Source of the DNA: Dehalococcoidia bacterium
GTDB lineage: Bacteria > Chloroflexota > Dehalococcoidia > GIF9 > UBA5629
DNA length: 64,000 nucleotides
Direction of reading: 5' to 3'
Assembly (NCBI GenBank): GCA_050011565.1
Contig: JBEKIW010000001.1
Coordinates: 512,001 to 576,000 of the forward strand
A program made the translations under genes and the position numbers. Every line of letters begins with the position of its first letter. Position 1 is the stretch's first letter. Below, one piece after another: positions 10,460 through 20,690 of this stretch. Below the pieces are notes generated by a model that was not told where the DNA came from, ran no database searches, and was given only the letters and a program-made list of their open reading frames with translations.

Positions 10460-11156
10460 ACTAAAAGGCATAGTAGCACACTATGGTGGCGTTGAAGCTG
10501 TCAAAGGCGTTTCTCTGGAGCTTGAGAAAGGAAAACTGATCGGCCTAGTCGGGCCGAACGGAGCAGGTAAGACAACAATTTTGAGAACTATATCCGGGCT
10601 AAAAAAGCCCAGCTCAGGACAGATTCTGCTCCAGGGGGAAAGAATAGACGGGGCATTGCCTGAAAGTATTGTAGCGAAAGGCGTTAGTCAAGTACCCGAA
10701 GGTAGAAGAGTCTTCCCTTACATGACGGTGTATGAGAATTTGAGGATGGGCGGATATCTGCAACAGAACAAAAAGCGCTTTGAAGAGAACCTTTGTTACG
10801 TGTATGAGTTGTTTCCAATACTCAAGATAAAAAACAGACAAATGGCAGGAACCCTAAGCGGTGGCGAGCAACAGATGTTGGCTATAGGGCGCGCTTTGAT
10901 GAGCAATCCAAGGATAGTTTTGATGGATGAGCCAACAATAGGATTAGCTCCATATCTAGTAGAAGCGCTTGCTGAAGCCATTGTTGGGCTGCGGCACAAG
11001 GGCATCAGTGTAATACTAGCAGAACAAAATGTAAAAGTTGCCCTTGACGTTGTTACATGGTGCTACGTGATGGAGTTGGGTGTGATTGTTCTGCAGGGGC
11101 CACCTCAGGATCTCACTCATGATGAACGCATACTGAAAGCCTATCTCGGAGGATAG
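10449..11156 (+). CDS. livF: ABC transporter ATPase (LivF-like)
   Basis: GPNGAGKT, VPEGRRVF, LSGGEQQMLAIGRALM. Confidence 0.9.
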   Translation: MLLELKGIVAHYGGVEAVKGVSLELEKGKLIGLVGPNGAGKTTILRTISGLKKPSSGQILLQGERIDGALPESIVAKGVSQVPEGRRVFPYMTVYENLRMGGYLQQNKKRFEENLCYVYELFPILKIKNRQMAGTLSGGEQQMLAIGRALMSNPRIVLMDEPTIGLAPYLVEALAEAIVGLRHKGISVILAEQNVKVALDVVTWCYVMELGVIVLQGPPQDLTHDERILKAYLGG

Positions 11157-11311
11157 GGTCGCTTTTGGTGAAGAATTACGAGAGAGAAAGGAAATACCTA
11201 ATATGAAAGGAGGGAGAAGGGGATGAAATTTCAGAACTCTAGGTGACTAGAAGGTTGACTTCTTAGATGACTACGGAGTGCTAGAAAGAAATAACACGCA
11301 CAAGGAGAAAA

Positions 11312-12547
11312 ATGAAAAAAATTTTTGCAATATGGTTAATGATTGTACTAGTTGTCACTTTGTCTATTGTGGCTTGTGCCCCAGCAGCACAGGAAGTATC
11401 TTCTAAGACTCTGAAATGGGGGGTATGCTTACCTCTTACTGGTCCTAATGCGGGTTACGGAGTGCCCACGCTCGCTGCAATACAAGTCGAGGTAGCTAAG
11501 ATCAATAGCGAAGGCGGTGTCAAGATAGGAGGAGTCAATTACCAAATTGAGGTTATTGCTGAAGACGACGGGTTTACTTCTGACGGAGCCAAAACCGCGG
11601 GTGAAAAATTAGTTTTTCGTGATAAGGTCAAGTTTATTTGGGGTGGTACAGAATCCAACGATACTTTGGGACTGCAACTGGTTACCGTGCCGAACAAAGT
11701 GATGACCTTTAACACAGCATGGGCAGATACTGTACTAAGGGACCCGGCGACAAAGCAGGCCATTCCTTATTCTTTTAAAGTACTACAAGCTCCTCACGAG
11801 ACGCTCCGGGGAGTATGGGGTTCTATACAGAAAGCCTATCCTGAGATTCACAGGGTTGCTTTGTTTACACCTAATACACTAAGTGGCCATTATGGTCAAG
11901 AACTAAGCGCGAAATTGGTACCGTATCTCGGCTACGAGGTAGTCTATAACGACTATTTTGAGTTCGGCACACCCGATTTCACTTCCTACCTAAGCAAGAT
12001 ACTTGCGACAAATCCCGATATTATCCACGGTTCGGCCACTGGTTTGGCGGACTGGGGCTCAATCATCAAACAGTCCCGGGAGATGGGTTACCAGGGATAT
12101 TTTATGTACGAACTAGCTCTCGGCGGGGATTTGCTTTTCAGCGTAGCGACTAAAGAGGCTGCAGAAGGCTTCATTGGGCTTGATTTTCCTTGGCATGGCC
12201 CCAACACAGTGCCAGAGTTAAAGGATTTCAGTGATAAATACGTAGCCGCAGCTGGATTTTGGTTTCCTGAGTTATGCAATCTGCCCATAGCCGCAGAGTG
12301 CCTTGTTCAGGCGATGCAGACCGCTGGCAGTATAGACGATACTGACAAAATCACACAAATCCTTGAGACTTCGACCTTTAACGTTATGGGCCAAAGTGTT
12401 CAGTTTGCAGGAAAAGAATATTATGGGGCAAACCGTGTTCTGGCTGTACCCTTGACGGTAGCCGTGATAAAAGGGGGTGAACTTGTCCCTATAGGAGCCA
12501 TCTCCGTGGCGGAGCAAGTCTCTCCTTGGCCGCCAGGCCTTGACTAG
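11312..12547 (+). CDS. LivJ/K-type substrate-binding lipoprotein
   Basis: Signal peptide with lipobox IVAC; PLTGP..YG, INSEGGV, EDD type I periplasmic-binding pattern. Confidence 0.88.
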   Translation: MKKIFAIWLMIVLVVTLSIVACAPAAQEVSSKTLKWGVCLPLTGPNAGYGVPTLAAIQVEVAKINSEGGVKIGGVNYQIEVIAEDDGFTSDGAKTAGEKLVFRDKVKFIWGGTESNDTLGLQLVTVPNKVMTFNTAWADTVLRDPATKQAIPYSFKVLQAPHETLRGVWGSIQKAYPEIHRVALFTPNTLSGHYGQELSAKLVPYLGYEVVYNDYFEFGTPDFTSYLSKILATNPDIIHGSATGLADWGSIIKQSREMGYQGYFMYELALGGDLLFSVATKEAAEGFIGLDFPWHGPNTVPELKDFSDKYVAAAGFWFPELCNLPIAAECLVQAMQTAGSIDDTDKITQILETSTFNVMGQSVQFAGKEYYGANRVLAVPLTVAVIKGGELVPIGAISVAEQVSPWPPGLD

Positions 12548-12910
12548 GTTGACATTCATTGGTTTCAGTTTTTCGGCAAATGGGTCATCCTTGCTCTTAA
12601 TGTACCGTTGTGTGTAGGTCTGTCAGAAGAACTGAATGGTGTCGTTAAGTTGTTCGCAAGCGATGACTTCGATTTCGTGGTTTCATTCCACGTGTTGAGG
12701 GCAGGGTGAGGATTATGTACATATAAAGAGATATTACGTATCAAGTTCCAGCTAAATGATGTGCAGGCGGGCATAAGCTGAATCTCAACAGCGCTGTGGT
12801 TTTCAATCACTAATGCTGCAAAGTGTTGAGTATCGCTATTGTCCTCCTCAAAACAGCTATGAACGTATAGTCGAAGAATCGCAATTAATATAAAGGGATA
12901 ATACAGCGTC

Positions 12911-13765
12911 ATGGTAACTTCGTTAGCCCAGGTCTTCATTAACGCACTAGAACTAGGTTTGATTTATGCCTTAGTGGCTTTGGGTTTTTCTCTAATTTAT
13001 GGTGTGGGGAGTGTGATATTCTGTACTCACGGTGAAGTGTACATGGTTGGCGCAATGTCCTCTTATTTCTTGACCACTAAACTGGGCTTACCGTTCCCTT
13101 TAGTGCTAATTTCAGTCGGTCTAGGCACAGGTGTCTTTGGCTTATTAATTGAGAGGTTCTTGTTTCGCCGGCTCCGCGGCAATGACTTCGCTATTTTTGT
13201 AGTATCGCTAGCACTAGCTATGGTTATCCTCAACTTGTTCTCAGAAATATTCGGGACTGAACCCGTTCGAGCTAACGAGCTGTTTTCTGGGTACATAGCT
13301 CCAATGGGTGTGAACCTTTCACTAGACAAGATGATAGTAGCACTAATCTCTGTTGGTTTGATACTGGGTTTACACGTCTTCTTTCAGCGAGTAAAGGTTG
13401 GGCAGTCCATGCGTGCCGTGGCGCAGGACCCCGAGGCGGCAGCTTTACAGGGAATTAGCATCAACAAGACCGTTTCACTGACCTTTTTCCTTTCCCTTTC
13501 CCTGGCAGGGGTGGCCGGAGTACTTGTGGCGCCTGTATTTATCATTAATACGGGGATGGGTACTTCTGCTCTCATGAACACTTTTGTGGTTGTAATCTTA
13601 GGTGGCATAGGAAGTTTTCCCGGCGCTATCGCTGGAGGTCTCTTTTTGGGTATTCTGCACGTCGTTGGAGGCCTTTTCATAGGAAAGTTTACCTTTCTCC
13701 TTAGTTTTGTGGCTGTTATCATTTTCTTAGTAGTAAGACCACAAGGATTCTTTGGCCATGAGTAA
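12911..13765 (+). CDS. livH: ABC transporter permease (LivH-like)
   Basis: YALVALGFSLIYG, HGEVYMVGA, MRAVAQDPEAAALQGI, VILGGIGS. Confidence 0.9.
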   Translation: MVTSLAQVFINALELGLIYALVALGFSLIYGVGSVIFCTHGEVYMVGAMSSYFLTTKLGLPFPLVLISVGLGTGVFGLLIERFLFRRLRGNDFAIFVVSLALAMVILNLFSEIFGTEPVRANELFSGYIAPMGVNLSLDKMIVALISVGLILGLHVFFQRVKVGQSMRAVAQDPEAAALQGISINKTVSLTFFLSLSLAGVAGVLVAPVFIINTGMGTSALMNTFVVVILGGIGSFPGAIAGGLFLGILHVVGGLFIGKFTFLLSFVAVIIFLVVRPQGFFGHE

Positions 13766-14765
13766 ATATGGTTTAATGAAACGTATCTCTGTTTTGACCC
13801 TGACGATCGTCTTGCTAGTCTTGCCAGTAGTGGTGCGTAATGACCAGTTCCTAGTACACGTTCTCATCATGGCAGGCGTTTACTGCATACTTGCTGTGAG
13901 TTTGCGTTTTGTATACTTGGCGAACATATGGCTTGTTGGTCCGGCTGCGTTTTACGCTATAGGAGCTTACGGCGTAACTTTGCTGATGCGTGCAATAGGG
14001 CTGTCATACTGGATTTGCCTTCCCTTGGTCGGCGTTGCAGTGGCAATTATTGCTTGGGGATTTGGGTACGTGACTATAAGAGTACGAGGCCTGTATTTCG
14101 CCATATTAAGTATAGCGTTTATCGAAGTTGTCAGATTGACATTTGTAAACACACTGGGTAACCAAATGCTATTAATGGTTCCTGCTCCTAATCCCATAAC
14201 AATTCCACATTTGTTTACAATAGATTTCGCCAGCAAGATGGACTACTACTACTTCATGTTGGCTTTGTTTGCGATAACCCTATTTATTCTGTTCAGAGTG
14301 GAGAGGTCACCAATCGGGGCAAACTTCAAGGCTATTACAGAGAGCGAATTATTAGCCGAAAGCCTTGGCATAAAAGTCGTACGACATAAAGTCTTAGCAC
14401 TCTGTATAGCAGCTTTTTTTATTGGCATAGCAGGTGGTTTTTTCGCTCCCTATAATCAAACTATAAGCCCGGAGTCTTTCACAATTGGGGCTTCAATGTT
14501 GGTCTTGATTCTGATGGTCGTTGGAGGGACAGGTTCCATTTGGGGGCCAGTGATCGGTGCTACTGTTCTAACAATTTTACCAGAGTATCTCCCTGTTAGC
14601 CCTATTGTCGAGAATTCAATTTATGCGGTGTTTGTAATCCTTATTCTTTATTTTCTGCCAGGCGGTCTTGTAAGTCTCCCTAATGTTATTACAGGACAGG
14701 CTTGGTGGCAAAAAACCAAGGAGGCAAGAAATAACATGCTGGCTCGTATACGTAGGGGGTTCTGA
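13758..14765 (+). CDS. livM: ABC transporter permease (LivM-like)
   Basis: RVRGLYFAI, ESELLAESLGI, VVGGTGSIWGPVIGA. Confidence 0.9.
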   Translation: MSKYGLMKRISVLTLTIVLLVLPVVVRNDQFLVHVLIMAGVYCILAVSLRFVYLANIWLVGPAAFYAIGAYGVTLLMRAIGLSYWICLPLVGVAVAIIAWGFGYVTIRVRGLYFAILSIAFIEVVRLTFVNTLGNQMLLMVPAPNPITIPHLFTIDFASKMDYYYFMLALFAITLFILFRVERSPIGANFKAITESELLAESLGIKVVRHKVLALCIAAFFIGIAGGFFAPYNQTISPESFTIGASMLVLILMVVGGTGSIWGPVIGATVLTILPEYLPVSPIVENSIYAVFVILILYFLPGGLVSLPNVITGQAWWQKTKEARNNMLARIRRGF

Positions 14766-14893
14766 TAGTGACTCAGATCTATCATGTTAGAGCGCCTTGT
14801 GGGTTCCTTAGTGAATTTGCAAGCAGCTTATAAGTGGAACTCAAGTTTTATGAAGTCAAGGAAATCAACAAGATTAAGGAGGTAAATAGTAGC

Positions 14894-16099
14894 ATGAAGA
14901 AGATTATAGTATTGGGTGGGGCGGGTTTTATGGGGTCTGAAATAGTTTACCAATTAGTCCAACGTAGCGATGCCAAGATAATTATTGCTGATGCCAATCT
15001 AAGTAAGTTACAGCAGTTTGGTCAGACTAAGCACGAAGCTAGAAAGATAGCTCTCAATGAGCTGAAAGAGAGGGTGGCTACAGTTGCTATAGATGTTGAG
15101 GACTTCAATAGTTTGGTTCATTTGATTAGAAACGCAGATCTGGTAGTCAGTGCTATTGGGCCATTCTACAAGTATGCCAGTAAAGTAACTAAGGCTAGCA
15201 TTGCGGCTGGAGTAAACTTCATAGACATAAACGACGACTATGATGCAACCAAAGAGGTGCTTTCTCTAAATGAGGAGGCAAGAAAAGCAGGCGTTACTGC
15301 GGTAATAGGATGTGGGGGGAGCCCAGGAATGACAAACATGCTAGCAAAATATGGTGCCGACAAAATGGAGAGAGTAGATGATATTCGCATATTCTGGGCA
15401 GAAAGTGGCATAGACCCAACAGGGCCTGCGGCTGTAACTCATTGGTTCCATATCACATCGGGAGACGTTCCCATGTTTATTGAGGGAAATTGGGTTAATG
15501 TTAAAGCTTTATCGGGGCCCGAAGTTGTAGAGTTTTCTCCTCCGCTTGGTAAGATTGAAGTGCGTTATACAGGCCATGCCGAACCAGTGACTTTGCCACT
15601 CTATATAAAAGGGGTGAAAAACGTAACTATTAAGGGTGCGCTTTTTCCGACTCGTATGATGGAGCTCTATAAAATCTTGACTGAAGTTGGCTTTACAAGT
15701 CTAGAAAACTTCACAGTAACAGAGAAATTATCCGTGCCTCTTAGAGAATTAACGACTAGGATTGTCCGGGCTCTTGGGCATTTCAATCCAGCATATTTCG
15801 AAGCCATGTCTGAGGAGGTATCAAAAATATACCAAGACTCTCCGGGAACAACAAGGGTCGAAGTAACTGGTAAAAGGGATGGAGAAAAAGTGCACTATGT
15901 TTATGAAAGTACGATTGATTCAGTAACTCTTGGTACAGCTATACCTGCGGCAATTGGTGCTCTTATGATTTTGGATGGTAAGGCTAAGGGAACGGGTATT
16001 TTGGCTCCAGAGGGCGCTTTTGACTCTGGTCTATTTATCTCGCTGGCCTCTAAGGACGTGCGGGTACACGAGACAGAAACAAGAAAAAGGGCAATATGA
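14894..16099 (+). CDS. Saccharopine dehydrogenase family oxidoreductase (paralogue 3)
   Basis: GGAGFMG, IGPFY, IDINDD, GGSPGMTN, GHAEPVTLP; ATG 14894 follows AAGGAGGT. Confidence 0.9.
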   Translation: MKKIIVLGGAGFMGSEIVYQLVQRSDAKIIIADANLSKLQQFGQTKHEARKIALNELKERVATVAIDVEDFNSLVHLIRNADLVVSAIGPFYKYASKVTKASIAAGVNFIDINDDYDATKEVLSLNEEARKAGVTAVIGCGGSPGMTNMLAKYGADKMERVDDIRIFWAESGIDPTGPAAVTHWFHITSGDVPMFIEGNWVNVKALSGPEVVEFSPPLGKIEVRYTGHAEPVTLPLYIKGVKNVTIKGALFPTRMMELYKILTEVGFTSLENFTVTEKLSVPLRELTTRIVRALGHFNPAYFEAMSEEVSKIYQDSPGTTRVEVTGKRDGEKVHYVYESTIDSVTLGTAIPAAIGALMILDGKAKGTGILAPEGAFDSGLFISLASKDVRVHETETRKRAI

Positions 16100-16124
16100 A
16101 TTTTGTTTAGGAGGTAAGTAAGAA

Positions 16125-16877
16125 ATGGATTTCTCTTTGGAAGGTAAGGTGGCTCTGGTGACCGGTGGCAGCCGTGGCATCGGTGAGGCTATTGCCTTGG
16201 GGTTGGCCAAGGCTGGTGCTGATGTTGCCATAGCCAGCCGTAAGCTGCCTGAACTGGAGAAAGTAACTGAAAAGATAATTGGATTGAGGAGAAAGTCGTT
16301 GGCTATAGCCGCGCATGTAGGCAAGCTCGAAGAAATAAACAATCTGGTTGGCAAGGTCAAGGCTGAGTTTGGGAGGATTGACGTCCTGGTGAATAATGCT
16401 GGTACCAACCCGACTATGGACCAGGCTATAGACATAGAGGAGCGTGCTTGGGACTCCATTATGAACCTCAATTTGAAAGGTTTGTTCTTTCTCAGCCAGG
16501 TAGTGGCCAGGCTAATGAAGGAACAGGGTGGAGGCAAGATTGTAAACGTTGCCTCAGTAGCTGGAATTACCCCCGATATATTACCAGTTTACTCCATCAG
16601 TAAAGCTGGGGTGATCATGGCGACTAAGGTCATGGCGCAGCAATGGGCTAAATACAATATTAGGGTGAATGCCATAGCGCCGGGACTGACCAAGACCCGC
16701 TTCAGTGAAGCTCTTTGGAATAATCCAGAGGTCCTAAAGGGTGCAATGAGCACACTTCCTATGAGGAGGGTAGCCGAACCAGAAGAAATGGTAGGAGCTG
16801 TCATTTACCTAGCCTCCGATGCCTCTAGCTATGTAACCGGGCAGGTTCTCGCCATAGACGGTGGTGCCACTATATGA
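16125..16877 (+). CDS. Short-chain dehydrogenase/reductase (SDR)
   Basis: TGGSRGIG, NNAG, YSISK catalytic YxxxK. Confidence 0.93.
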   Translation: MDFSLEGKVALVTGGSRGIGEAIALGLAKAGADVAIASRKLPELEKVTEKIIGLRRKSLAIAAHVGKLEEINNLVGKVKAEFGRIDVLVNNAGTNPTMDQAIDIEERAWDSIMNLNLKGLFFLSQVVARLMKEQGGGKIVNVASVAGITPDILPVYSISKAGVIMATKVMAQQWAKYNIRVNAIAPGLTKTRFSEALWNNPEVLKGAMSTLPMRRVAEPEEMVGAVIYLASDASSYVTGQVLAIDGGATI

Positions 16878-17171
16878 ATTGGCTGTTGAAAAACCGAGTA
16901 GTGGCCTGTCGGCAAGCAAGCAGCCATGGTAGTGGTTATCCCAGGATGGGACAAATCGGTATGATTGGTAGCCATAATTTAGAAAGAAACAGAGAATATA
17001 GCTAAGTGCCTGACAGGTTTCCTGTTGAAGGATAATACCCTTTCAATAGGCTAGCGTTGCTGATATGTGAGAGAGATGCGGTCATGACAAGCGGGTCAGG
17101 TGTGAGCTGGCCCGTGTTTCGAAATTACGCGTTTCTTACAGAAATAAAGAGAAAAGGAGGTCGAAAGGAAA

Positions 17172-18707
17172 ATGGAGTGTTATCCATGGTGGAACGAAAC
17201 TCAGAAGAAGCTTGCTGAAGAGGTAAAGGCGGTTACAGACGAAGTACTGATTCCGTTGGGTGAGAGATGTGCCTGGAAAAAGGAGTTTCCTTGGGAAGCG
17301 ATAAAGGAGATGGCTAGAAGGGGGTGGTTTGGGGCGCAAATCCCGGCCGAGTACGGGGGTCGGGCAGAGGAATGGGGAGTCACCGGTGCCTGCATCATAC
17401 TGGAGGAGACAGGACGGGCTGGTGAAATATCTTTACCCTTAGCATGTACCATGCAAGGTGGTATTCACCAGATTATTCACGATGGAACCGATGAGCAGAA
17501 GAAGCGATGGCTCCCAAGGATTGCTAAGGGAGAATTACTCGGTGCTATAACTATGACCGAGCCGTATGCTGGTTCAGACATAGCAGGTATAGAGACCACT
17601 GCTGCCAAGGATGGCGATTATTACATCGTCAATGGAAAGAAGAGATTCCAGACCTCGGCTGCAGCAGCAGATATATACATGACCTACGTAAAGACCAGCG
17701 ATAAAGCCGAGGATATAGCCAAATATTGTCACCTTACTGGTTTGATCATTGAGAAGGGGACACCTGGGTTCACGATCGAAAAGGTCAACGATCTCATGGG
17801 GATGGATGGAATATATAATTGCTACCTTAACTTCGACAATTCAGCGGTACCGGTAAAGAACAGAATAGGTGCAGAGGGTTCCGGCTGGCAAGTGATGACA
17901 AGTGGTCTGAACGTAGAGAGAACTCTCGACGCGGCTGCACCACTGGGTTCGATGCGAGAGGCGATTCGATACGCCGTGCAGCACTTACAACGGAGAGTCC
18001 AATTTGGTCAGCGGACGGGAGACATGGCAACAAATCAGTTTAAGGTTGCCGATATGATCTGGAAGCTGCAACTGTCAAGACTACTGACATATTATACGGC
18101 GTACTGCCTTGACCTTGGCAGAGAAGTACCATTGGAAGCAGCAATGGCAAAGATGTACATTACCGATAGCACCTTGCAAACTGCAATTGAAGCTATCCAG
18201 TGTATGGGAGGTAATGGAGTTACCCGGTACTATCCTGTCGAGAGGATTATGAGAGATGTAAAGCTAATGCAAATTGCTGCTGGCACCAACGAGGTGGCGA
18301 GACTTCTCATTTACAGGCAGGGGTTGAGGAGCCTGATGCCAGATTTGAAGGTTCCAGCCAGAGTTATAGACGATGCGCTTAAGGTGCCAATGCCTTTAGG
18401 AAAGGCACCGCCACCAAGGTTATGCTCAAGTGAAGATGATGTCATAAAAGTACTTGGAGAGGAATACCGGATTAATCCAGGGCTGCACATGACAATAGAG
18501 GACATCAAAGGGCTGTTGGCTGTGAACGATGAAGACCTTAAAAAACATCTAGTCAGTCTGGAAAAGAAGGGGTTGGTCAGCCTATATCGGGATAGACGTG
18601 GCACAATCGCCTTAGCTAGGGCAACCTATAAAGGATTAGCTCAGGCAAATCCCCCAGAGTATTACAAATACATCCCAGAATGGGTTGCTAAGAAGGACAT
18701 ATTCTAA
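17172..18707 (+). CDS. Acyl-CoA dehydrogenase with C-terminal winged-helix-like extension
   Basis: TMTEPYAGSD, NGKKRF, RVQFGQ, AIQCMGGNG, IAAGTNEV, then about 120 extra residues. Confidence 0.88.
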   Translation: MECYPWWNETQKKLAEEVKAVTDEVLIPLGERCAWKKEFPWEAIKEMARRGWFGAQIPAEYGGRAEEWGVTGACIILEETGRAGEISLPLACTMQGGIHQIIHDGTDEQKKRWLPRIAKGELLGAITMTEPYAGSDIAGIETTAAKDGDYYIVNGKKRFQTSAAAADIYMTYVKTSDKAEDIAKYCHLTGLIIEKGTPGFTIEKVNDLMGMDGIYNCYLNFDNSAVPVKNRIGAEGSGWQVMTSGLNVERTLDAAAPLGSMREAIRYAVQHLQRRVQFGQRTGDMATNQFKVADMIWKLQLSRLLTYYTAYCLDLGREVPLEAAMAKMYITDSTLQTAIEAIQCMGGNGVTRYYPVERIMRDVKLMQIAAGTNEVARLLIYRQGLRSLMPDLKVPARVIDDALKVPMPLGKAPPPRLCSSEDDVIKVLGEEYRINPGLHMTIEDIKGLLAVNDEDLKKHLVSLEKKGLVSLYRDRRGTIALARATYKGLAQANPPEYYKYIPEWVAKKDIF

Positions 18708-18984
18708 GTTAATCTCAGTAAAGTATGCCTGGTCAGGTTGAAAATACAGCCTTTTCCTGTAAGTGATATATCCTAAGGAAGTTCGGGAACTCTCCATGCT
18801 GCTCAATAATCAATTGATACAGAACGGGAGCGAGCACTGGTTCCGATCGACCACCTAGTGACCTATCGGCAGGCACTGGAGGGAAAACTGGCCGTAATGT
18901 TCATTAAGAGTTGAATTGAGTATTATTCACGAGGCGCGACTGCAATTCTAAATCGTACCAATTCTGTTTCAAGGAGATATTAAC

Positions 18985-20166
18985 ATGAAAGGTGCACTAG
19001 CAGGTGTTACGGTTCTAGATCTCACTCAAGTTCTGAATGGACCTTTTGCGACAACAATGCTTGCCGATCTGGGAGCCGAGGTCATCAAAGTTGAACCTCC
19101 TGAAGGAGAAGTGGCAAGAGCCGCCCCTCCCAAGATTGGAAATGAGTCCTACCCATTTATGCAACTTAATCGCAACAAGAAAAGTGTCACCCTGAACCTC
19201 AGAAGCAAGCAAGGGAAGGAAATCTTCAACAGACTGGCAAGAAAAGCGGATGTGATAGTTAACAACTTCTCACCGGGAACAATGGACAAGATGGGGCTCA
19301 GCTATCAAGAGTTGAAAAGAATAAATCCTCAAATTATCTATGCGTCCAGTTCTGGATTCGGGCAGAATGGGCCTTACTCTTCGCGAAGAGCCTACGATCC
19401 AGTGATCCAAGCTGCTTCAGGTATAATGAGCCTTACCGGCTATCCAGATGATCAGCCCACTAAGGTTGGGCCCAGCATTACTGATTTCATGGGTGGCATG
19501 ATGACCGCTTTGGCTATTGTATCTGCGCTGTATTATCGAAAGGAAACTGGGAAAGGTCAGGAAATAGATATCTCAATGCATGATATTGCATGCAGCATAA
19601 CCCTAGAGTTTTGGGCAGATTATCTTGTAGGCGTCAAGGTCCCACGGCGAGTAGGAAATGAGGATCCTAACGTGGCACCGGCCAACGGCTATGCTGCTCG
19701 GGATGGATACGTGATGATTTTTGCAGGTTTCGATCATGAGTGGGCCAGGCTAGCGAAAACTATGGGAAAAGAAGAGCTAGTCGACGACCCGAGATTCTCG
19801 AGTGCAGAAGCTAGAGTGCGACACCGAAAAGAAGTAGATGCCATAGTGGCGGGATGGGTAGCAAGCAAATCTGTCGAAGAACTACTGAGTGAGCTTGATA
19901 ATGCAAAGGTGGTCTCTGGGCCAGTTCTTAACCTTGAGCAGGTGCTTGACGACCCTCATGTCCGGTATCGTGGAATTATGTCTGAAATTGACCACCCTGC
20001 CGCGGGTAAAGTGAAGGTACTTGGCCCATTGATGAAGTTTTCGCGGTCGCCAGCAGAAATAAGGTCTCCAGCTCCTCTTTTGGGGCAGCACAATGCAGAG
20101 ATTCTTAACGAGCTAGGCTATAGTACTCAGGAGATCGTGGAGCTTCGAAAAAGCGAAGTAATCTAA
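18985..20166 (+). CDS. Family III CoA-transferase (CaiB/BaiF)
   Basis: VLDLTQVLNGPFAT.LADLGAEVIKVE, NRNKKS, RAYDPVIQA catalytic Asp. Confidence 0.93.
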   Translation: MKGALAGVTVLDLTQVLNGPFATTMLADLGAEVIKVEPPEGEVARAAPPKIGNESYPFMQLNRNKKSVTLNLRSKQGKEIFNRLARKADVIVNNFSPGTMDKMGLSYQELKRINPQIIYASSSGFGQNGPYSSRRAYDPVIQAASGIMSLTGYPDDQPTKVGPSITDFMGGMMTALAIVSALYYRKETGKGQEIDISMHDIACSITLEFWADYLVGVKVPRRVGNEDPNVAPANGYAARDGYVMIFAGFDHEWARLAKTMGKEELVDDPRFSSAEARVRHRKEVDAIVAGWVASKSVEELLSELDNAKVVSGPVLNLEQVLDDPHVRYRGIMSEIDHPAAGKVKVLGPLMKFSRSPAEIRSPAPLLGQHNAEILNELGYSTQEIVELRKSEVI

Positions 20167-20690
20167 AAATCTGCCATTCGATTGTCCGAAGGGTATTGCT
20201 TGTTTGTGAGGATTTATTTGGGTTCGGTAGGGAAGGAAATCTCGAAATGCAACTCGACTTCAATGATACTCTTACCATCGGCGAAGAAGTCAATAATGTC
20301 CCCCCTAATTCCTCGTGAGCATTTTCCCCAAACGGTACTCGACGTTTCCACGAAGAATTGAAATCGAACTACGGCTATAACCACTCGAGTTAAGAAAAGA
20401 GCTTGTAACGAGAGAATAAAGTATTGTGACTTCGCCTAGGTTACGGAGTTGCTCACTAGTTTTGGCTATGGCCATTGTTGATTTTTCTGTAACAATATGC
20501 CGTGTGGCCAACATTCGCCTGATTTGTTACCTATGTTGCACGTTCAGCTAAAATGGGGAACTTGAAACAACCACCCAGCCTATTCGTATCAACAGCCGGC
20601 CAGTTTCATTAGAACTCATCGACTTGACAGGTGTTCGACCGAGGCCCAGGCATAGCTCAGTTTTAAGCTCCAGAATAAATTGGTTTCTAT

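Noticed and set aside
16881-17051. GGCTGTTGAAAAA...TTTCAATAGGC as IS/MITE terminal repeats
   Set aside because: Imperfect match, no target duplication or transposase; the right part is explained by a local hairpin (17021-17050)
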